A stretch of DNA of 64,000 nucleotides from Streptobacillus moniliformis DSM 12112 (GTDB taxonomy: Bacteria; Fusobacteriota; Fusobacteriia; Fusobacteriales; Leptotrichiaceae). Shown piece by piece: positions 9,172-19,536 of the stretch. The translations under genes were made by a program, and so were the position numbers. Each line of letters starts with the position of its first letter. Within the stretch, counting starts at the first letter, position 1. Where the stretch lies: positions 786,497 through 850,496 of the forward strand of contig NC_013515.1 of the NCBI RefSeq assembly GCF_000024565.1. Direction: 5' to 3'. Below the pieces are notes generated by a model that worked only from the letters and a program-made list of their open reading frames with translations, made no database searches and had not been told where the DNA came from.

Positions 9172-9852
9172 ATGTTATATATAGTAGGAACTCCTATAGG
9201 TAATTTAGAAGACATGACATTTAGAGCAGTAAGAACTTTAAAAGAAGTTGAATATATTTTCGCAGAAGATACAAGAATAACTAAAAGGTTATTAAATTAT
9301 TATGAGATAGATACTAAGGTGTATCAATATCATGAGCATAATAAGCAATATCAGATTGAAAATATTATAAAACTTTTAAAACAAGAAAAAAATGTAGCCA
9401 TAGTTACAGATGCTGGAATGCCATGTATATCAGATCCAGGATATGAGCTTGTAGATGCTGCATTAAAAGAAGAAATTAAAGTAACTGCAATTCCTGGACC
9501 TTCATCTATTACTACAGGTGCATCAATAGCAGGTATAGATACAAGACGTATGGCATATGAAGGTTTTTTACCTAAAAAGAAAGGAAGACAAACCCTATTT
9601 TTAAAACTTCAAAAAGAAGAAAGAGCTATTATTATTCTTGAATCACCAAATAGAGTTGTTAAAACTTTAAAGGATATACAAACATATTTGGGAGATAGAT
9701 ATGTTGTAATAACTCGTGAATTAACAAAGATTTATGAAGAAATTTTAAGAGGTAAAGTCAGTGAATTAATTGAAAAATTAGAAAAAAGAAATATAAAAGG
9801 TGAAATAGTACTTTTTATAGCAAGTGGAGAAGAAAATGAGTGTGATAATTAA
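9172..9852 (+). CDS. rsmI: 16S rRNA (cytidine1402-2'-O)-methyltransferase RsmI
   Basis: MLYIVGTPIGNLEDMTFRAVRTLKEVEYIFAEDTR, tetrapyrrole methylase fold. Confidence 0.92.
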   Translation: MLYIVGTPIGNLEDMTFRAVRTLKEVEYIFAEDTRITKRLLNYYEIDTKVYQYHEHNKQYQIENIIKLLKQEKNVAIVTDAGMPCISDPGYELVDAALKEEIKVTAIPGPSSITTGASIAGIDTRRMAYEGFLPKKKGRQTLFLKLQKEERAIIILESPNRVVKTLKDIQTYLGDRYVVITRELTKIYEEILRGKVSELIEKLEKRNIKGEIVLFIASGEENECDN

Positions 9853-10732
9853 CTGGTATCCAGGTCATATGAAAAAAACTAAGGAAATGATAGTTGAAAA
9901 TTTAAAAATAGTTGACTTAGTTATTGAGATATTAGATGCTAGAATACCAATTTCAAGTAAAAATCCTGATATAGAATATTTGGCTAAAAATAAGTTAAGA
10001 GTTGTTATTTTGAATAAAATAGATCTAGTAGATGAAGCAAAATTAAAAGAATGGGAAAAATATTTTATTGAAAATAATATATCTCACCATTTTTTAGCAA
10101 TAAGTGTTGAAAAAAATAAGAACTTTAATGAACTTAGAAAAATAGTTAATAAGATATATGATGAAAAACTTGAAAAAATGAAGAAAAAAGGACTAAGAAA
10201 AACTGTTGTCAGGGCTATGATAGTAGGTATTCCTAATGTTGGAAAATCTAAATTTATAAATAAATTTTCAAATAAAAATAAAGCAAAAGTTGGAAATAAG
10301 CCAGGATTTACGAGAGGAAAACAATGGATAACAGTTGATGATAAATTTGAATTATTAGATACACCAGGAGTTTTATGGCCAAAATTTGAAGATAATATGG
10401 TATCATTTAATTTAGCCATAACAGGTTCTATTAGAGATGACATTCTTCCATTAGAAGATGTATCAAATAGATTGATAGATATTATGAAAGAGCAATGTAT
10501 AATAGATAATTTAATATATTCATATAATTTAGATGAAGAAACTTTAATTACTAAGACAAATATAGAAATATTTGAGTTATTAGAAAAAAGGTTAGGTATA
10601 TATAAAAATGAAAAATTTAGTTATGAGTTAATCTCAAGGAGATTACTCAAGGATTATAGGATAGGTAAGTTAGGTAAATTTCTACTAGAATATCCTAAAG
10701 ATTTTAAGAAAGAAGGTACAAATGAATTTTAA
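9836..10732 (+). CDS. rbgA: Ribosome biogenesis GTPase A (RbgA/YlqF)
   Basis: Circularly permuted GTPase. N-terminus INWYPGHMKK, G4 NKIDL, G1 GIPNVGKSKFINK, DTPG. Start set at ATG 9836 (GGAGAAG RBS); the track start is 9824. Confidence 0.9.
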   Translation: MSVIINWYPGHMKKTKEMIVENLKIVDLVIEILDARIPISSKNPDIEYLAKNKLRVVILNKIDLVDEAKLKEWEKYFIENNISHHFLAISVEKNKNFNELRKIVNKIYDEKLEKMKKKGLRKTVVRAMIVGIPNVGKSKFINKFSNKNKAKVGNKPGFTRGKQWITVDDKFELLDTPGVLWPKFEDNMVSFNLAITGSIRDDILPLEDVSNRLIDIMKEQCIIDNLIYSYNLDEETLITKTNIEIFELLEKRLGIYKNEKFSYELISRRLLKDYRIGKLGKFLLEYPKDFKKEGTNEF

Positions 10733-12353
10733 AGATTACAATTTAAGTAATGAAATGTTAGAAGCATTAGAAAAAAAGAGGTTTGTTTCACCAAGTGAAA
10801 TACAAGCATTAGTTATTCCTGAATTATTGAAAGAGGAAACTCATTTAATAGGTCAGGCTCAAACAGGTACAGGTAAAACTGCGGCTTTTTCAATACCTAT
10901 ATTGGAAAAAATAATTCCTACAAAAAAGGTTAAAGCATTAATACTTGCTCCTACAAGGGAGCTGGCAAATCAAGTTAGTGATGAGATATATTCTTTAAAG
11001 GGTAAAAAAGAAGTTAAAATATTAGCTGTATATGGTGGTGCTTCAATTGAAAATCAAATTAAAAACTTAAAAAAGGGTGTTGATATAGTTGTAGGAACAC
11101 CAGGGCGTGTTATTGACATGATTAACAAAGGAGCATTAAAATTAAATGAATTAGAGTATTTTGTCTTAGATGAAGCAGATGAAATGTTAAATATGGGATT
11201 TATTGAAGATATAGAACTAATATTAGAGAAAACAAATGAAGATAAAAAAATGCTATTTTTCTCTGCAACTATACCTAAACCAATACTTGCTATTGCAAAA
11301 AGATTTATGCCTGAACATAAGATATTAAAGGTTCAGAAAAAAGAATTAACAACACATTTAACTGAGCAAATATACTTTGAAGTTAGAAGAGAAGATAAAT
11401 TTGAAGCTTTATGTAGAGTTTTAGACTATAAGCCAGATTTTTATGGTATAGTATTTTGTAGAACTAAATCAGAAGTTGATGAAGTTACAAATAAGTTAAA
11501 GGCTAGAAACTATGATGCTGAAGCAATACATGGGGATATAACTCAAGGATTAAGAGAAAAAGCATTAGATTTATTTAAAAATAAGATATTAAATATATTA
11601 GTTGCGACAGATGTTGCTGCTCGTGGAATAGACGTAAGTAATTTAACACATGTTATTAATTACTCTATACCACAAGAATCAGATTCTTATGTTCATAGAA
11701 TAGGTAGAACAGGTAGAGCTGGAAATAAAGGTATTGCTATTACATTTGTAACACCTCAAGAATCAAGAAAATTAGCACAAATAAAAAGAGAAACTAAATC
11801 TGATATAAAGAAAGAAAATATACCAAATGTTGAAGACATTATTAATGCAAAAGAAGAATTATTAATTGCATCTGTAGAAGAAATAATGTTAGAAAATGAT
11901 TATAAACTATATTTAGATTTAGCTAATAAACTATTAAAAGGTAAAAATACTGAAGCAGCTGTAGCTTCTTTATTAAGACATATATATGATGATGAATTTA
12001 TTCCTGAAAGTTATAGTAAAATAAAGAATGTACAAGTTCAAATTAAAGATAATACAAGATTATTTATAGCTTTAGGTGAAAAAGATGGATTAAATGTAAA
12101 TAAATTATTGAAACTTATACATGAAAAAACAAAGGTACCAGGGAGAAAAATTAAAGATGTAAAAGTAATGCCTAATTTCTCATTCATTACAGTACCTTTA
12201 GATGAGGCTGAAATAATAATTAAGATATTTAACAAAAACACTACAAAAAATAGCAAACCTATGGTTGAAGTTGCTAATTCTGATAAGTCTGGAAATGGAT
12301 CAAATAAAAAAAGTAGAACAAAGCTAGGAGATAGCAAGAAAAAAAGAAGATAA
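10722..12353 (+). CDS. DEAD-box ATP-dependent RNA helicase (CshA/DeaD-like) with C-terminal DbpA-like RNA-binding domain and basic tail
   Basis: Motif I AQTGTGKTAAF, DEAD box (VLDEADEM), SAT, HRIGRTGRAG. C-terminal KKSRTKLGDSKKKRR tail. Confidence 0.93.
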   Translation: MNFKDYNLSNEMLEALEKKRFVSPSEIQALVIPELLKEETHLIGQAQTGTGKTAAFSIPILEKIIPTKKVKALILAPTRELANQVSDEIYSLKGKKEVKILAVYGGASIENQIKNLKKGVDIVVGTPGRVIDMINKGALKLNELEYFVLDEADEMLNMGFIEDIELILEKTNEDKKMLFFSATIPKPILAIAKRFMPEHKILKVQKKELTTHLTEQIYFEVRREDKFEALCRVLDYKPDFYGIVFCRTKSEVDEVTNKLKARNYDAEAIHGDITQGLREKALDLFKNKILNILVATDVAARGIDVSNLTHVINYSIPQESDSYVHRIGRTGRAGNKGIAITFVTPQESRKLAQIKRETKSDIKKENIPNVEDIINAKEELLIASVEEIMLENDYKLYLDLANKLLKGKNTEAAVASLLRHIYDDEFIPESYSKIKNVQVQIKDNTRLFIALGEKDGLNVNKLLKLIHEKTKVPGRKIKDVKVMPNFSFITVPLDEAEIIIKIFNKNTTKNSKPMVEVANSDKSGNGSNKKSRTKLGDSKKKRR

Positions 12354-12366
12354 TGTGAGGGTTGAA

Positions 12367-15021
12367 ATGGATTCAGTTATATTAAAACCAGATGATGAAA
12401 TAAAGTTAAATAAAGAATGGATAAGTAAAGAAATTAATATTGTAAAAAATATTTTATCAGAAATAGTACCAGATATAGATATTGATTCTATTTTAGATAA
12501 TGAAAAACATTTTAAAGATATTGAGAAAATAAATCCAGATGTTGTAAGAGTTTTAACTATATTACCACTTTTAATAAATATAGTTGAGGATGTTTATCAG
12601 TCAAAAATATTAAAATATAATACAATAACTAAAAATTATACAGAGGGGATGTTAGATAATTTATTATATAAACTTGATTTAAATAATATGAATAAAGAAA
12701 ATTTAACAGAAATATTTTCAAATATTAGGGTTGTGCCAGTTCTAACTGCACATCCAACTCAAGTTCAGAGAAAATCAATTTTAGATTTAACTCAAAATAT
12801 ATATGAAATATTAGAAAAAAGAGAATTAGTTGAACATAATTTATTAGATGAAAATGAATGGATGAATGAATTAAGAAAAAATATTAATTTATTATGGAGA
12901 ACAGATATATTAAGAAGTTCTAAGTTAAGAGTAGGTAATGAAATAACAAATTCATTAAGTTATTACGATTCAACATTTTTAAAAGCTATTCCTAAAATTA
13001 ATATTAAATTTAAAGAAATAGCTAAAAAATTAGGAATATTTTCTAATTCATACACTCCAATACTTATGGGTACATGGATAGGCGGAGATAGAGATGGAAA
13101 TCCATTTGTTACTGAAGAAACACTTTTAAATGCTGCTTATTCACAGTTTGAAACAGCCATAGAGTACTATATTTCAGAATTAAAAAAATTATATAGAGAA
13201 TTTTCTATTTCAAGTTTAAAAAATGAATATAGTGATGAATTAAAAGAACTTGAAAAACTTTCAAAAGATAATTTGGAACATAGGACATATGAACCATATA
13301 GATTAGTAATTTCATATATTATAGATAATTTACAAGATGTAAAAGTTAAATTATTAAAAGAAAAACTTGAGCTGCCGTATGATTCATATTATAATTCAAA
13401 AAAATTATTAAATGACTTATTAGCTATAAGAAAATCAATAAAGCTATATAGTGATGAAATAATTGCATATGGTAGACTTGATGAGTTAATTGAATCAGTG
13501 AAGGTATTTGGATATCATTTATCATCTATAGATTTAAGACAGGATTCAAGTGTGTATGAATTTTGTGTTAATGAATTATTAAATATCGCAAAGATAACAG
13601 ATAATTATTCAGCATTAACAGAAGAAGAAAAATGTGAGATATTAATAAATCAAATAGAAAATGAACCTAGAAAATTAAGTTCTGTAAATTGTAAAAAATC
13701 TGAAATTTTAGAAAAAGAATTAAGTATATTTAGTACTATGAAAAAATTAATAAATATTTTTGGAAAAAATATAATTGAACAGAATATTATTTCTCATACA
13801 GTTGAAATTTCTGATATGTTAGAACTAGCACTTCTATTAAAAGAATTTGATTTAGATGGAAAAGTTAATATATCTCCTTTATTTGAAAGTATTGAAGATT
13901 TAAAAAATTCTGAAAAAATAATGAAAACTTGGTTTGAACTTGATATTTTAAAAAAATGGATGTCTAATAATGGAAGTCTCCAAGAAATAATGTTAGGTTA
14001 TTCTGATAGTAATAAAGATGGAGGATATATTACATCAAGTTGGCATTTATATAAAGCACAAAAAGAATTAGTTAGCTTAGCTCAAAAATATGGAGTTAAA
14101 CTTAATTTCTTCCATGGACGTGGTGGAACAGTAGGTCGTGGAGGCGGACCAAGTTATGAGGCTATACTTTCACAACCAAGTGAATCTATTCTTGGTAAAA
14201 TAAGGCTTACAGAACAAGGTGAAGTAATAGGAGCAAAATATGGTAATCTTGATTTAGGTAAATTTAACTTAGAAGCTTTATTATCTGCTACTTTAGAAAA
14301 ATCATTAAAAGATGATACAAAAGATATAAAAGAATATGAAAATATAATGGAACAAATATCAAATATAAGTTATGAAAAATATAGAAATTTAGTATATGAA
14401 ACCGAAGGTTTTTCTGAATATTTCTTTGAATCTACTCCAATAAATGAAGTTTCTTCACTTAATATTGGTTCAAGACCTTCATCAAGAAAAAAAGTTTTAG
14501 ATATAGAAGGATTAAGAGCTATTCCATGGGTATTTTCATGGTCTCAAATAAGGGTGATGCTTCCAGGTTGGTATGGAGTAGGAACATCTTTTAATAAATG
14601 GATTAAAGAAAATAATGGACTAGAAACTTTAAAATTAATGTATAGAAATTGGCCATTTTTTAAAGCTTTATTATCTAATTTAGAAATGGTACTTTCTAAA
14701 ACAGATATGAATATAGCAAAAGAATATGCAAAACTTGTAAAAAATGAAAATTTATCAACTAAAATATTTAATATGATTAATGATGAATGGATACTAACTT
14801 TTAACTTATTAAAAGAAATTACAGGAATTAATTATTTATTAGAAGATAATGAGATGCTTACATTAAGTTTAAAAAATAGATTACCTTACTTTAATGCATT
14901 AAATTATTTACAAATTGAATTAATAAAACAACAAAGAGCTGGAAATAACACAGAAGAGATAAATAAGGCAATACACACTACTATTAATGGTATTGCAACT
15001 GGACTTAGAAACAGTGGATAG
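12367..15021 (+). CDS. ppc: Phosphoenolpyruvate carboxylase
   Basis: VLTAHPTQVQRKS and FHGRGGTVGRGGGP signatures, C-terminal ...NGIATGLRNSG. Start placed at ATG 12367 (GAGGG RBS); the track start is 12355. Confidence 0.93.
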   Translation: MDSVILKPDDEIKLNKEWISKEINIVKNILSEIVPDIDIDSILDNEKHFKDIEKINPDVVRVLTILPLLINIVEDVYQSKILKYNTITKNYTEGMLDNLLYKLDLNNMNKENLTEIFSNIRVVPVLTAHPTQVQRKSILDLTQNIYEILEKRELVEHNLLDENEWMNELRKNINLLWRTDILRSSKLRVGNEITNSLSYYDSTFLKAIPKINIKFKEIAKKLGIFSNSYTPILMGTWIGGDRDGNPFVTEETLLNAAYSQFETAIEYYISELKKLYREFSISSLKNEYSDELKELEKLSKDNLEHRTYEPYRLVISYIIDNLQDVKVKLLKEKLELPYDSYYNSKKLLNDLLAIRKSIKLYSDEIIAYGRLDELIESVKVFGYHLSSIDLRQDSSVYEFCVNELLNIAKITDNYSALTEEEKCEILINQIENEPRKLSSVNCKKSEILEKELSIFSTMKKLINIFGKNIIEQNIISHTVEISDMLELALLLKEFDLDGKVNISPLFESIEDLKNSEKIMKTWFELDILKKWMSNNGSLQEIMLGYSDSNKDGGYITSSWHLYKAQKELVSLAQKYGVKLNFFHGRGGTVGRGGGPSYEAILSQPSESILGKIRLTEQGEVIGAKYGNLDLGKFNLEALLSATLEKSLKDDTKDIKEYENIMEQISNISYEKYRNLVYETEGFSEYFFESTPINEVSSLNIGSRPSSRKKVLDIEGLRAIPWVFSWSQIRVMLPGWYGVGTSFNKWIKENNGLETLKLMYRNWPFFKALLSNLEMVLSKTDMNIAKEYAKLVKNENLSTKIFNMINDEWILTFNLLKEITGINYLLEDNEMLTLSLKNRLPYFNALNYLQIELIKQQRAGNNTEEINKAIHTTINGIATGLRNSG

Positions 15022-15029
15022 GAGGATTT

Positions 15030-16238
15030 ATGTCGGAATTAGAAATTAAAAAAGAAGTAGAAAGACAATTTGAAATACTTAAAAGAGGTTGTGATGAAAT
15101 AATAAGTGAAGAAGAGTTTAAGAAAAAACTTGAAAATTCAATTAGAAATAATAAACCTTTAAAAGTTAAACTTGGAATAGATCCAACTGGTTCAGAATTA
15201 CACATAGGTCATGCTGTTCCTATTAGAAAATTAAAACAATTTCAAGATTTAGGGCATGAAGTAAACTTTCTAATTGGAACATTTACAGCTAGAATTGGGG
15301 ATCCAACAGGTAAATCTGAAACTAGAAAAATGTTAAGTTTTGAAACTATACAAGAAAATATTAAAACATACTTAGAACAAGTTAAAATAATATTAGATCT
15401 TAATAAAATAAAAGTTGTATATAATCATGAGTGGTTAGAAAAATTGAAATTAGAAGAAGTACTAAAACTTTTATCAATGTTCACAGTTTCTCAAATGATA
15501 CAAAGAGAGGATTTTTCTAAGAGATTATCAAATAATCAACCTGTATCTTTAATTGAATTTACTTATCCAATATTACAAGGATATGATTCAGTTGCTTTGG
15601 AAGCAGATGTTGAATTAGGTGCAACAGAACAAAAGTTTAATTTATTAAGAGGTAGAGATTTACAAAAAAATTTTAATCAAGAACAACAAATTTGTATGAT
15701 AATGCCAATACTTGTAGGACTTGATGGAGTAGAGAAGATGTCTAAATCATTAGGAAATTATATATCTATACAAGATAGTCCAAATGATATGTTTGGTAAA
15801 ATTATGTCAATATCTGATGAATTAATGTTAAATTACTATGAAATGATTACAGATTTACCATTAGATGAAGTAAAAGAAATGCTTAAAACACAACATCCTA
15901 TGGATTGTAAAAAGAAATTAGGATATGAATTAGTAAAAGAATATTATGGAGAACAAGTAGCTATTGAATCTAAAGCTTGGTTTGAAAATGTATTTAGTAA
16001 TAGAAATTTAAATGTTGAATTACCTGAAATTAAAATAGTTGAAAATGAATTAGCTGCATTAGAGTTATTATCAAAGCTTAATTTCATTAGTTCAAATAGT
16101 GAGGGTAGAAGACTTATAGATCAGGGAGCAATGAAAGTTAATGATGTTATAATCAAGGATATTAATGAAATAATTAATTTAACAGAAGAAGTAATAGTTC
16201 GTTGTGGAAAGAAAAAAATAGTTAAAATTATAAAATAA
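15030..16238 (+). CDS. tyrS: Tyrosine--tRNA ligase
   Basis: HIGH motif (ELHIGHAVP), KMSKS, C-terminal S4-like domain. 402 aa. No T-box leader; only 8 nt after ppc. Confidence 0.9.
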   Translation: MSELEIKKEVERQFEILKRGCDEIISEEEFKKKLENSIRNNKPLKVKLGIDPTGSELHIGHAVPIRKLKQFQDLGHEVNFLIGTFTARIGDPTGKSETRKMLSFETIQENIKTYLEQVKIILDLNKIKVVYNHEWLEKLKLEEVLKLLSMFTVSQMIQREDFSKRLSNNQPVSLIEFTYPILQGYDSVALEADVELGATEQKFNLLRGRDLQKNFNQEQQICMIMPILVGLDGVEKMSKSLGNYISIQDSPNDMFGKIMSISDELMLNYYEMITDLPLDEVKEMLKTQHPMDCKKKLGYELVKEYYGEQVAIESKAWFENVFSNRNLNVELPEIKIVENELAALELLSKLNFISSNSEGRRLIDQGAMKVNDVIIKDINEIINLTEEVIVRCGKKKIVKIIK

Positions 16239-16248
16239 AGGAGGAAAA

Positions 16249-17193
16249 ATGAGTAAAATTTTAAAATTTGATGAAACAATTATTTATGATACTATTATAG
16301 TAGGAGCAGGGCCAGCAGCAGTTTCTGCTGCAATATATGCAGTAAGAAAAGGATTAAAAACTGCTATGATAGGTGAAGACATAGGAGGACAAATTTTAGA
16401 TACAAATGAAATAGAAAATATTATAGGTGTTCCTTTAACAAATGGTTTTGATTATGCAACAGAATTGGAAAAGCATATGTCTGAATATGAAATCTATTTC
16501 TATAAGGGACATAGAGTAAAAGAGATTATTAATGATGATAAATTGAAAAAAATAATTACAGATGATAATAAAGAGGTATTAACTAAAACTATCATAATTT
16601 CAACAGGAGCTAAATGGAGACAACTTGGTATCCCAGGTGAGAAAGAATATACAGGAAAAGGAGTACATTACTGCTCAACTTGTGATGGACCTTTTTATAG
16701 AAATAAGGATGTAATTATTGTAGGTGGAGGAAATTCTGGAGTAGAAGCAGCTATAGAGATTTCTAATATTGCTAAAAGTGTTGTATTAGTAGAGTATATG
16801 GATGAATTAAAGGCTGATAAAGTATTACAGGATAGATTATTTACTTTAGAAAATGTAAAAATATATCTATCAACTGGTGTTACAGAAATTATTGGAAATG
16901 AATATGCTGAAATTTCAAAATTAAAAAATAGACATACTTCAGAAGAATTTGAATTAAAAATGGATGGACTTTTTGTAGAAATAGGATTAAGTGCAAATTC
17001 AGATTTAGTAAAAAATATTGTTGAAACTAACAAAGCAGGTGAGATATTAATTGATGAAATGAATATGACATCAATTCCAGGTATTTTTGCTGCTGGAGAT
17101 TGTACTAACACAAAACATAAACAAATAATAATTGCTATGGGAGAAGGGGCTAAAGCTGCTTTAAGTGCATTTGAATATGTAATTAAAAACTAA
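16249..17193 (+). CDS. trxB: Thioredoxin-disulfide reductase (TrxB) family FAD-dependent oxidoreductase
   Basis: FAD site IIVGAGPAAVSAAIYAVR, redox CxxC (CSTCDGPFY), NAD(P) site VIIVGGGNSGVEAAIEI. 314 aa. Confidence 0.85.
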   Translation: MSKILKFDETIIYDTIIVGAGPAAVSAAIYAVRKGLKTAMIGEDIGGQILDTNEIENIIGVPLTNGFDYATELEKHMSEYEIYFYKGHRVKEIINDDKLKKIITDDNKEVLTKTIIISTGAKWRQLGIPGEKEYTGKGVHYCSTCDGPFYRNKDVIIVGGGNSGVEAAIEISNIAKSVVLVEYMDELKADKVLQDRLFTLENVKIYLSTGVTEIIGNEYAEISKLKNRHTSEEFELKMDGLFVEIGLSANSDLVKNIVETNKAGEILIDEMNMTSIPGIFAAGDCTNTKHKQIIIAMGEGAKAALSAFEYVIKN

Positions 17194-17198
17194 AAATA

Positions 17199-17242
17199 AA
17201 GGAATTGTAGAAGAGGATTACTCATAATACAATTCCTTTTTA
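17199..17242. terminator. Bidirectional terminator between trxB (+) and smpB (-)
   Basis: AAGGAATTGTA ... TACAATTCCTT, an 11-bp stem flanked by A-runs and T-runs on both sides. Confidence 0.65.
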
Positions 17243-17677
17243 TTAATAATTTTTTTTTATATCTCTTAATATATCACGCTGTTTAATGCTTTCGCGTTTA
17301 TCATAATTTTTCTTACCACGAGCAGTAGCTATTTTAACTTTAATTAGACCTTCTTGATTAAATACGGTTAAAGGAACTATAGTATATCCTTGTTCTTTAA
17401 CTTTTTCTGATAGTTTTTTTATTTCTCTTTTATTTAATAATAACTTTCTTACCCTAGTTTCATTTACATTATATATATTACCAAAAGTATATTGAGAAAC
17501 AAACATTCCAAGTATCCACACTTCATTTTTTATTATTCTAACAAAACTTTCCTTTATACTAACTTTACCAAGTTTAATAGATTTAACTTCAGTTCCTTTT
17601 AATTCAATTCCTGCAACATATTCATCCTCAATAAAGTAATCAAAATATGCTTTTTTATTATTAGCTAAAATTTTCAT
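17243..17677 (-). CDS. smpB: SsrA-binding protein SmpB
   Basis: NKKAYFDYFIEDEYVAGIELKGTEVKS signature. 144 aa. Overlaps rnr by 1 nt. Confidence 0.95.
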   Translation of the reverse strand: MKILANNKKAYFDYFIEDEYVAGIELKGTEVKSIKLGKVSIKESFVRIIKNEVWILGMFVSQYTFGNIYNVNETRVRKLLLNKREIKKLSEKVKEQGYTIVPLTVFNQEGLIKVKIATARGKKNYDKRESIKQRDILRDIKKNY

Positions 17678-19536
17678 TATAGTACCTCCGAAATAATTTC
17701 TATTCTTTCATAATCTAATTTTATGATTTTTATTTTTACCTTATCACCAATATTAAATTTATTTCCTTTATTATCAATTAATAAAGCATCATCTATAATA
17801 TATTTAGAACTAATATTATCATAAAAAACGGTTTCAATTAAATTATCTAATTGAAGAAATATTTTACCTCTAATAATACCAGATATTCTTGCTTCAAATA
17901 CTTCATTTAAATGTTTTTTCATATAGTCTAATAATTTTAATTTTATAGAGTCTTTTTCAAGTCTTTCAGCAACTCTTTCTGTTTTAGATATATGCTCTGC
18001 TATTAATTTATATTCCTCTTTTTTCTTATCAATATATTTAGTGGAGATTTTTTTATTATTTAATGTAAATTGAAGCATTCTATGAACAATTAAATCAGAA
18101 TATCTTCTTATTGGTGATGTAAAGTGGAGATAATTATCTAATGCTAAACCAAAATGCCCCTTATTTTCATTCATATATTTAGCTCTTTTCATAGCTTGTA
18201 ATACAGTTTTATGAATTAAATATGAATTTTCATCATTAGAGCTTTTATCTATTATTTTAGCTATTTTACCTGGATGTATATCCATTACATTATTTATGTT
18301 ATATCCCAATATATTAAGTTTTTTATTTAAACTTCTTAATGTATCAATTTCAGGAGCTTCATGCACCCTATAAATAGCAGGAATATTTTGCCAATGTAGA
18401 TATTCAGCAACAGCCTCATTAGCAGCAACCATGAAATTTTCAATTAATTCTTGAGATAATCCTGATATTCTTTTTGATATTTCCTTTATATCGCCATTTT
18501 CATCAAGTATTAATTTTATTTCAGGAATATTGAAATTAATCATACCTTTTTTATTTTTTTGTTTTCTTAATAATTTAGAAAGTTCTAACATATCCCATAA
18601 AATAGGGTAGCTCTTATCATTGTTATCAAACATTTTATTAACATCAGTATAATTTAATCTATGATGTGATTTAATAATAGATTTAAAGAAATCACTTTCA
18701 ATCAATTTACCATTTAGATCATATTTAAGTTTTACTGTAAAAGTTAATTTATCTTCATCTGGATTTAAAGAGCATAAGTTATTAGAAAGCTTTTTAGGCA
18801 ACATGGGTATAACCTGCTCAGCCAAATAAATACTATTACCTCTTTTAGCAGCTTCAAAATCAAGTTTAGAGTATTCTTTAACGAAATATGAAACATCTGC
18901 TATACTTACATATAATATGTAGTGATTTTCTTCTTTTTCAAGGTAAATAGCGTCATCTAAATCTTTTGCACTTATATCATCAATTGTAATTGTTTTTTGA
19001 TGACGTAAATCAACCCTATATTTTAATTCTTCAGATACATTAGGTCTTCTAATTTCTACAACCTCTTTTTTTATTTCATTTAAAAATCCCTTAGATATAT
19101 TTGAAGCATCTAATAAAGAGTTTAATATATTGTCAGAATTATTTATATTACCAAAATTATTAAGAATATTAACTTTAATGTCATCTTTATTTAATGTTGT
19201 ATAATCAATGTTAAAACTTAATATATCTCCGTGTTTAATATTGATTTTTTTTGTAGTAGTAGTAACTATTAAATCACTTCGATTTAATCTAATAATGTAT
19301 TTATTTCTTTTACATAGTATAACATTTCCAAAATATGGGCTATCTTGCCTTTTAACTATTTTGTTGACTTTACCTATAAGTCTTTCATTATCTATTATTT
19401 CAACTATTACAGTATCTCCATCGAAAGCATTATTAAAATTTATATCTCTAATTAATACTTTCTCATTATTATCAGTATATGCAAAAGCAATTCTTTTGTT
19501 TTTACATATAAATTTACTTTCAAAAATTTTATTCAT
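17677..19536 (-). CDS. rnr: Ribonuclease R (RNB-family 3'-5' exoribonuclease), short form
   Basis: RNB catalytic domain (DISAKDLDDAIYLE), C-terminal S1 domain (FEARISGIIRGKIFLQL). 619 aa. Adjacent to smpB. Confidence 0.88.
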   Translation of the reverse strand: MNKIFESKFICKNKRIAFAYTDNNEKVLIRDINFNNAFDGDTVIVEIIDNERLIGKVNKIVKRQDSPYFGNVILCKRNKYIIRLNRSDLIVTTTTKKINIKHGDILSFNIDYTTLNKDDIKVNILNNFGNINNSDNILNSLLDASNISKGFLNEIKKEVVEIRRPNVSEELKYRVDLRHQKTITIDDISAKDLDDAIYLEKEENHYILYVSIADVSYFVKEYSKLDFEAAKRGNSIYLAEQVIPMLPKKLSNNLCSLNPDEDKLTFTVKLKYDLNGKLIESDFFKSIIKSHHRLNYTDVNKMFDNNDKSYPILWDMLELSKLLRKQKNKKGMINFNIPEIKLILDENGDIKEISKRISGLSQELIENFMVAANEAVAEYLHWQNIPAIYRVHEAPEIDTLRSLNKKLNILGYNINNVMDIHPGKIAKIIDKSSNDENSYLIHKTVLQAMKRAKYMNENKGHFGLALDNYLHFTSPIRRYSDLIVHRMLQFTLNNKKISTKYIDKKKEEYKLIAEHISKTERVAERLEKDSIKLKLLDYMKKHLNEVFEARISGIIRGKIFLQLDNLIETVFYDNISSKYIIDDALLIDNKGNKFNIGDKVKIKIIKLDYERIEIISEVL

